A stretch of 64,000 nt of DNA from Nitrospirota bacterium (GTDB taxonomy: Bacteria > Nitrospirota > UBA9217): positions 70,286 to 134,285 of the forward strand of contig CAVWHO010000016.1 in assembly GCA_963754875.1 (NCBI GenBank). The letters are read 5' to 3'. A program made the position numbers and the translations under genes. Below the pieces are notes generated by a model. It searched no databases. It was not told the DNA's origin and saw only the letters and a list, made by a program, of their open reading frames with translations. Position 1 is the first letter of the stretch. Every line of letters begins with the position of its first letter. Shown piece after piece: positions 19,845-27,900 of this stretch.

Positions 19845-20531
19845 TTATAGGTTATTTTTCAAATTGTCATAAGCTTTTTTTGCAACTTCCCTTACTTCCA
19901 AATCCTCAAATCCATCATTTCTATATACCCAAACCACGGCTCCATCCTGCTTCAGATTCTCAACCTGGCAGATTATTTTTTTAAAATCCTGAGGGCTAAA
20001 CCGTTCTTTTAACAGAGGTACAATTTCAAGAGCATAAATTCTGGCAAGCGGATCTTCCTCAGCAAGTCCGCGCAAAACCACGCTCTTGAACGGCACGATC
20101 GACTCGGGACGGGCCTCGGAGATCTTTTTCAGTGCATAGAGAACTCCGGGTCTGAAGACGCGTTCGTCAATTGCGAATATTTCGGCAATTAAGGGGATAA
20201 CATCCGACATTTTTACCGGATCAGCGCTGACAATTTCTCCCAGAATCTCAGGAGCTGACCATCCAATACCGCCGGATTCATCTGACAGGGACCATAACAG
20301 CTTCCGGATGGCATCTCGGAGGAAATCATAGTTGTTCTTTACGAACAGCGACGAAACGTGACCGATTGCCTTGATTGCCCGCCAGCCGACGAGCGTGGTC
20401 TTGTCATAGGAAAGCCGGACCAGAACGCTAAACACCTTCCTGCTCTGCAAGGCCAACGTTGTGACGGTTTCGTAATCATTTGCTTCCAGAGCATGCACAA
20501 GCGTCTGCTTCATTTCCAGCTGGGTTAACAT
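19845..20531 (-). CDS. HEAT/PBS-lyase-like repeat protein
   Basis: 228 aa with repeated helical units (e.g. VRLSYDKTTLVGWRAIKAIG, PVKMSDVIPLIAEIFAID, VRGLAEEDPLARIYALEIVPLL). The function is unknown. Confidence 0.5.
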   Translation of the reverse strand: MLTQLEMKQTLVHALEANDYETVTTLALQSRKVFSVLVRLSYDKTTLVGWRAIKAIGHVSSLFVKNNYDFLRDAIRKLLWSLSDESGGIGWSAPEILGEIVSADPVKMSDVIPLIAEIFAIDERVFRPGVLYALKKISEARPESIVPFKSVVLRGLAEEDPLARIYALEIVPLLKERFSPQDFKKIICQVENLKQDGAVVWVYRNDGFEDLEVREVAKKAYDNLKNNL

Positions 20532-20545
20532 CGTTCACCTGCAAT

Positions 20546-21052
20546 CTACACACGGACCTCTTTGAAGGTAATCAACTCCGACAGTGTCATGGCCAGCCAT
20601 GCCATGACCTGGACCGCGATGGGCAGGACCAGGCTGGAGAAAACTGCCATGGCGGCCCGGTTCTTCGAGGTCTTCTGTTCCTGCAGAACAGGCCCCTTGG
20701 CCGTTGTCAAGGCATAATTCAGCAGGATGGCGAGGGGCAGATAGGCAAGGACCCGAAAATAGAATTTCGTCTGGAGAATGACTAAAATCGCAACGAGGAG
20801 GACCACCTCAATGAAGGTGATAAGAGCTGTTCTTTTCATTGAAAGCTGCCATATTTTTTTAGAAAGGAAATATTTAACAACCAGCGTCAGGCCTACGCCG
20901 ATCACAAACATTGTCGAGACGAATACGAATGTGCAGAAACATCCCACTTCCACGGCGCTTGCGGACGACGGATATGCCAAGAGTCCCGCAATAAGGACTG
21001 CAGTGCAAAAAAAGGAATTTAACCCCGCCTTGAGCCTCCCCTGAACATCCAT
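20546..21052 (-). CDS. Hypothetical integral membrane protein (about 4 TM helices)
   Basis: 168 aa, strongly hydrophobic segments, no recognisable motif. Confidence 0.45.
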   Translation of the reverse strand: MDVQGRLKAGLNSFFCTAVLIAGLLAYPSSASAVEVGCFCTFVFVSTMFVIGVGLTLVVKYFLSKKIWQLSMKRTALITFIEVVLLVAILVILQTKFYFRVLAYLPLAILLNYALTTAKGPVLQEQKTSKNRAAMAVFSSLVLPIAVQVMAWLAMTLSELITFKEVRV

Positions 21053-21423
21053 ACGGACCTCCCTTGAAAAAAGGCCGCTCCTCCCCTTTTGATGAGCGTA
21101 CCCGCGGAACTAGGCTTGCCCTTTCCGGCAACAGACACCTTGCCCAGAATATTAATGAATGCGGTTCTTCTTGTCAAAGGAATTCGCAATAAAATGCAGC
21201 AGGACATGCCGATCACGTGAATTTTTGTTACAACTTTATGAGCTGCCCTCAAGAGGAAGGCGTGAAATACTCTATGACCAGTGCTTTTGCTTTAAGCGAA
21301 TAAATATAATCGAGGGGAAAATCAGGCTCCCTCAACTTTTTCATTTTTCGACTTGCGTCGCGACGGCTACGAACCGCCCCAACTTCGGCCCATTATTATC
21401 TTCATGCCGCACGCCCTTTCCTA

Positions 21424-21651
21424 TCACGGCCCTTTTTTATGACAGATGAGGCATTGCTCTTTGGGCGGATGAGTCGCCTTGAGCGGGGCCAGTTTGCCCG
21501 GAGCATGGCAATCTATGCAGGAAGCGTCGGTGGCCGCGTTTTTATGGCGTTCGTCCTGCGGAACAGGAGGAACTTTATGGTTCGAAGACAGGTAAAAGAG
21601 AAAGATCAGAATAAAAGCAGCTACGACAATAAGTATGCGGCTACTTTTCAC
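21424..21651 (-). CDS. Small membrane-anchored dihaem c-type cytochrome
   Basis: Two CxxCH motifs (SCIDCH and CLICH) follow an N-terminal TM helix (ILIVVAAFILIFLFYLSS). The start is set at the GTG (VKSSRIL...) at 21651, which is preceded by AGGAGG with a 5-nt spacer. The ORF track's upstream ATG lacks an RBS. Confidence 0.6.
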   Translation of the reverse strand: MKSSRILIVVAAFILIFLFYLSSNHKVPPVPQDERHKNAATDASCIDCHAPGKLAPLKATHPPKEQCLICHKKGP

Positions 21652-21727
21652 GGAGACCTCCTGTTTGCAGTAACGGGAAACGACGCCTGCCCGCACGAAA
21701 TCACGATCCTCGGGCGATTTTCTGCTC

Positions 21728-21757
21728 CCCTGATTTTCAGGGTACCGGCATTACGAG
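21728..21757. promoter_or_regulatory. Near-perfect palindrome gtaccggcat-tacgag-tatgccggtaa between the divergent cytochrome c and giant ETF genes
   Basis: 9-bp arms taccggcat and atgccggta. It lies in the shared intergenic region and is a candidate operator. Confidence 0.4.
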
Positions 21758-21933
21758 TATGCCGGTAACGAGAGCTTCTGTCAAGTCTTCATGAAGCTCA
21801 CTTCGCCAATTGCACGATCTAAACATGGTCAGAGGAGAAGGTTTCTGGTATACTTTTTCTTAGTAACTCTTTTCCTCCACAAACTTCAGACTTCACGCCT
21901 CTTCACATCGATTTTCTTGTATAAGGAGCGTCC

Positions 21934-24900
21934 ATGAACCATTATCGATTCGATGTCGCTATTATCGGGGCCGGACCTGCCGGAGTAGCTGCTGCAGGAT
22001 CGCTCGCCGGCTCCGGTATAACCGTGGCTCTGGTTGAAGCTGGTGTGTACGCCGGGGCCGAAAACTGGTCCGGCTGCGTTTACTTCACGGAAAACCTCGC
22101 TGAAAAGGATTGTTTCGGCGCCGAAGCAATAGAGGCGGCCCCTTTTGAACGGCGTATTGCGCGCCGGGGCACTCTTATGCACAACGGGATCGACGTCATC
22201 GGCATCGAACTTACGAGTCTGGAGGCATTCAAGAACTGCTATACCGTTCTCCGCCCTGTCTTCGATCCCTATTTTGCTCATCTTGCCCGGGAGAAGGGCG
22301 CGGTCCACATCACCGGCACGACGGTGACCTCACTCATCAGGAAAGAAGGAAGGGTCGTCGGCGTCATGACGGATCGCGGTCCGCTTTATGCCGGCGTCGT
22401 TTTCCTGGCAGAGGGCGATGCTTCTCACCTTGTCCGGTCGGAGCAACTCGAGAACACCGCGCAGCCGCACTTTCTTCAGGGAGTGAAAGCCGTACTTTCG
22501 CTCGCGTCGGAGGAGATCGAAAAACGGTTCAAACTCGATCCGGGCAAAGGCGCGGCCTACGAACTGCTCCTTCGGAACCCTTCCCTCTCCGGCAGGACCG
22601 CAAAACTGAACGTCGGCGGTTTCCTGTACACAAACCGGGACAGCCTTTCGATGGGCTACGTTGTCCCCCTCGACAATCTGCGGGACTATTACCGTGGCAG
22701 CCACGACATGCTCTTTGAATGGATGCGAGGCCTTCCGTATCTCCGGGAACTGACCGAGGGCGCGGCGCTATCGGCTTACGGCACGAAGATCATCAGAAGC
22801 GGTGGATGGCGCGAACGGCCCGTGCTCGTTCAAAACGGCCTTGCAGTCGGTGGAGCATCAACGGGCCTCGGCGTGGACATTCCCTTCCCGAACTTCACCG
22901 GCCCTGCATCCGCAACAGGACTCTATTTCGCGCGGGCAGTCAAAAATATTTTCAAACGAGGGGGCGCCTTTGATGCCAAAACACTGAGCCGGGAATATCT
23001 TGAGCCGCTCCTCGAAAGCGTACATGGGGAAAACTCCCGCTATCTTTCCGCGTGGCCGGGCTATTTCGGGAAATCGAACGTCCTCTTCAGCAGGACCGTG
23101 GACATGGCCTGCGGCAGCGTTCACTTCTTGTCAAAGAAAGATATTGTCGAAACAGGGCGGTTTCTCAGAAACCATGTCCTTTCCGTTCGGGGGATCAAGG
23201 AATCAATCGTTGACACGATGCATGCAATCAGCGCGCTCAGGCTCTGGAGGCCCCTGGCAAAAACAGTGATCAATCCCCTGACGATCGGTCGCTGGTTCGC
23301 CAATCTTTTTAAAAGAGCGCCCGCCCCGGACCGGAAACTCGGCTTCATCATACAGATTGCCGGAAAAGAAAGGAACGCTGCGTCGCTGCCCTGGCCTACG
23401 GGCTCGCTTGTCAGACGGCTCTCTCCTGCACTTGTCCTTGCGCTCGAACAGATCTATGCAAATGACAACCGGCCTGCAGAGAAAAAGTTTTCTCACGCTG
23501 TCCGGAGTCTTCTGCAGGGACTCAAGCTGACTGATTTCATAATCCTTCCCGCCTTTGGCTTCGTTCTCGTTTTCTTTGCGCTCGGAACTGCGCTCTGGGA
23601 TGCCTTTCGTTTCTATTTGCTCAAGACGCCTGTGGACAAGCTCCTTGCGGAACCGGTCATGGCGTACAATGAATCCCTAAGGAAAGCGCGTGATCTCGAC
23701 GCAGTGAAACCCCGGCAGAGCCTGGAGGCGAAACTGGCGACGAACACCTACCATGTCGGGGACGCGTCGCACATCAGGACGCTCTGGCCCGAGGCTATCC
23801 CCGCCCATCCGGACATGTCTCAGGCAGCGCTCTGGTGGCTATGCCCTGCGCGGGTCTACGTGTACGACGCTCCACTCGCAGGCCGCGGCAAGGTCACGGT
23901 AAACTTCGAGAACTGTATCAAGTGCGAATCCTGCTGGAGGGCGGAACCTCAACGCGTGCTCTGGGGGCGCCACACAGATCACAAGCTTATTTACCGGCCC
24001 GACAGCGCAGCGATACCGGTTCTCCTGCATGCTCTTCGGGAAAATCTCCCTTCAAGAAAAGGGACGCATCCGGCGATTGCCCCCCTGGACGAAAAGCTCT
24101 GGTACCTGAACGAAGACGTGCTGCAGCTTGGACAGGAGGCGTTCAATGCATCATCGGCTTTCATTGATGCCGTTGCAAAGCTGCCCGCTTCGTCCGACCG
24201 AGGCAGAAATGCCTGGCCGCTTTCGCTCGGGAAAAGACTGTCCGAAAAACTCTTGAAGCTCGAAGCCGCTTTCACGAACGACGGCAGATACGCGCAGGCT
24301 GAAATTATTCAGGTCGAAAGGAAAGACATCGAGCTCAAGCTTACGGAAGGAAGACTTCTCCATGCGCTCTATTGCTGCCGCAGGTTTGAGCAGGGCATTC
24401 TGTCGTGGGTGCGTGAGGATGATGGTTATACGATTCCCGCATCAACAGTGAAAAAATATGACCGCACCCTCTCTTACGAAGAAGTCTCCCGCATCTTCCC
24501 TGACCGGATCGTAAAACAGTGGGAGGAAGAATTCATGCCCGATGCATGGGCAGAAACACTGCGGCAATTCATCCTCGAGCAGCGCGATAAACCGCTTGAG
24601 GCAATACGGGCGCTCTCCTCAGTGAACCCGGCCCTCGGACTGATTGCAGCGCACCAGCTTCTTGCCAATGAACTGCTCACGAAATCGAGTATCGAGCCTG
24701 GCCCGGGCATCTGCGCCGCAGCCGCCGACCATCTCGATATCGAAGAGGAGGGCAGCGGCAGCGTCCGCATAAAAGGCCCCCTGTCACTCGTCCCTATTGC
24801 GGCGAGCCGCACCCTGCTGCTCACGTCCGGTGGGAAAGGATACATTATCCCCCTTGCCGACGCGGGTGTTACGATCTCACACACGCCGACGATCGGGTTC

Positions 24901-27900
24901 AGGGCTGCGGGATTTGCCGATGTTTCGCTTGACGTGACCGTAACAACGTACGCTGTGCTATCGGCCGAAAGAACAGACATCCCTGAAGCTGCTTCCTACC
25001 TCGCCATCGCACTTGGAGCCGGCGACTACCTCTGCAAGAGGATAAAAGAACACGCTGCAGGAAGAGTTCAATTCCCGGGCCAGATGCTCGACACCGAGGG
25101 CAGGGATGGTATTGCGAAGCTCGGCGCAGTCAAGGCCATGATCGCCAGAACTGAAGCGTGGCGGCTCCTGCTTGAGAACCTTTACGACGTTTATGCCAAA
25201 CCGGAAAGCCGAAATCCGCAAACCGAAATGAATTTCTCCCTCATCTGCACTTCGCTCGCTGCCATGTCTTTCAGCCCGGAGCCGGGCGCCATGGGATACG
25301 ATGCGGGCCAGGTCTTCGGCGGATTCGCGTACTCCGAAGACGACCTGCTCTCGCGGTTCTACCGGGACAGCGCTCTCTTCCGGTTCCTGGCGCCGGGATA
25401 CGGCGCATCGACTAAGCTGCATGCCGCTCTCGTCTCCCTCAGTGATGACATCGTGTTTTCCGGCTTTGGCGACCTCGGAAAAATTCAAAATGCACCGCTC
25501 AGGGACTTCGTGCACGGCCTTTCGGACGTTGAGAACAAATGCCGTACCCTGCCCGAAAAAGCAGATCCGGGTCTCACGGGTGAAGCGCAAGCCGTCATCA
25601 TCGGCATTCGCAGGCTTCTCATCAGCATTGAAAACGGACTGAACCAGGGCAGGAGCACGGAACGAGAAGCTGCTGCCGCAGAAGTGCTCCTTGGTCTGGC
25701 GGAAGACGCGCTTCAGAAGGCCCGTCTCTCAACAGGACGCGGCCGCGTATCGCCCTTTGCTCTGTTCCCGGTGGAGCCCGGAGGTACGCCCGCCACGCTC
25801 GACAGGGACTATGAATCCTTCTGCAGAGCGCCCGGCGCTCCGCATATATCGGGTAGCTTCCTCCTGTCTGCATTCGACCGGGCATTGCGTTTTGTCCCTG
25901 AAGTGCAGCTCCATGACGCCCGCCTCCGAAACCGCTGGACCGAACTCACTGATTGGTTCAAACAGAACTGCCGCGACAAGAAATTCGAGGGACTTTTTAT
26001 CGAACGGTATATCGAGAAAATCCACGGCCTTCCTGACGAGGTCATCGATGCCGTCAAGAACAATAAGTGGCTCGCCACGTACGTTCCGAAATCCGAGGAC
26101 GGGCTCGGATGGCGCAAGGCTGAATATTACATCCTGAATTCCGCGGCAGGGAGCTTCGGTGACGCAGGCATCGATCTCCTCATCATGGCAAGCACGAGCA
26201 TCGGCACAACACCCATTCTCCTGGGACTCGAGGACGAGCTGCCGCGCGTGCGCCAGGAACTGGCGCCCCTGGCACAGGATGCAGGCATTCTGGGCGAGAT
26301 CAACACAAAGCTTTCCAGGATCATCGGGATGTTCTCGAACCCCAACCCGTCCCTGATCAGGAAAGAATACGAAGCGCTGATAAAACTCGTGGACGTCCGG
26401 GTCCGCCGCACCCGAGTGGTCAAGTATCTGGCCGCAAATTTCCTGCGCGCTTTTTACAGCGCAGGCATTGCAGGCAGGCGCGGCGATTTCAGCGGGTTCA
26501 CTGCAAACCTCAAACACGCAGGCGGCCTTTTCGAAAACATCATGCCCGATGTCCGTGCCGCCCTGGAAGAACTTCCTCGGCGCGAGCGATGCCATAAACT
26601 TTTCCTCCGTTATCTTGGCCACGGCGGCGTGAGCGCCTTTGCTCTTACTGAACCGACCGCGGGCTCGGACTCCGGCGGTGTCAAGACCACGGCGAAGTTA
26701 GAGACGATAAAACTCCTTCCCCGTGATGACGGAAGGTATGCTTTCCAGCTTGACGGGCAGAACGACAAAAGCGAGCGCTATTTGATCGACGCAGACAAGA
26801 TTGCCTTTACCGATCGGGGTATCTCATATCAGACGCCGGACGGGCAGTCTGCGTTAATTCAATATGACCGCTATGATTATGCAACTGACCAGGGGACGAG
26901 ATACTACCTGTACCAGGGGAACGTCTGCGAGTTCCATGACATCGGCCAGGTGCGAAAGACCAATGCCGGGCTTACGTATGAGTATTACAGCCTGACCGGT
27001 GCGAAGATGTGGATCACGAACGGAAGCATCGCGACCCAATTTTCCCTTTTTGCCCAGACAAACGAAGGCGTCACAGGTTTCATGGTGGACCGGCACAGCG
27101 AAGGACTCAAGGTCGGGGCGGACGAAGAAAAAATGGGGCAGCGAGGCTCGCCTACGAACGAAATCTCGATCGACGCTGTGCGCGTTCCGCGCGAGGCCGT
27201 GATCGGCTACGAAGGCCACGGCCAGGTGAATGCCCTCGAAACGCTGAACGTCGGGCGCTGCGGTCTTTCCGTCGTGTCCGGCGCGCTCAGTCGCAAGCTG
27301 TTGGAAGAAGCACGCCGAAATATTCCCTCAACGCCGGAGCGGGACCGATTGCTCGGCGAAGCTGCAGCGATCATGTTCGGCAGCGAGTCCCTTGCCTACT
27401 ACCTCGTAGGCCTATTCGACCGGCCTCACGAGTCGGTCCGCATGGAGTCAGCAATTGCAAAATATGTCTGCTCCGACGATATCCATGAACTCATCTCGCT
27501 CGTCGAGTATGCCTACGGCCCCTCCGGCCAGACGGAAAAGTTCCTGCTCGAAAAAGCGCGGCGCGATGCGCGCATCCTGACCATCTACGAAGGAACGAAT
27601 GAAGTGCAGCGATTTTTGATCCTGAAGGACCTGATCGCCATGGCCCCAGCCTGGTCCGAGATACCCGTGCCGCAGGATGATCCCGCATCACGAACGCTTG
27701 CAGAATGGAAGAACAAGCTGAGAAACCAGGTGAAGGAAGCGGCCCGCTTGCTCGGCGATGCGTCGTGGTCCGACGCGATGCTCCAGCCCGCACTTTTCCC
27801 AATTGCCGATACGGCGGGTGAGGTCCTGCGGCTTGACTGCATATACTACCGCATGGAGTGGCTCGAACAGCAAAGAGCGGTCCTCGAACAGGGAGATCGG

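Noticed and set aside
19651-19845. A canonical HAIR (HspR-associated inverted repeat) upstream of dnaJ.
   Set aside because: No CTTGAGT-N7-ACTCAAG match. Only ACTCAT half-site-like repeats are present.
21652-21933. A sigma-54 promoter upstream of the giant gene (ctGGtatacttttTCtt).
   Set aside because: The -12 element is TC rather than GC and the -24 box is weak. It is better read as an extended -10 (TGnTATACT) sigma-70 promoter.
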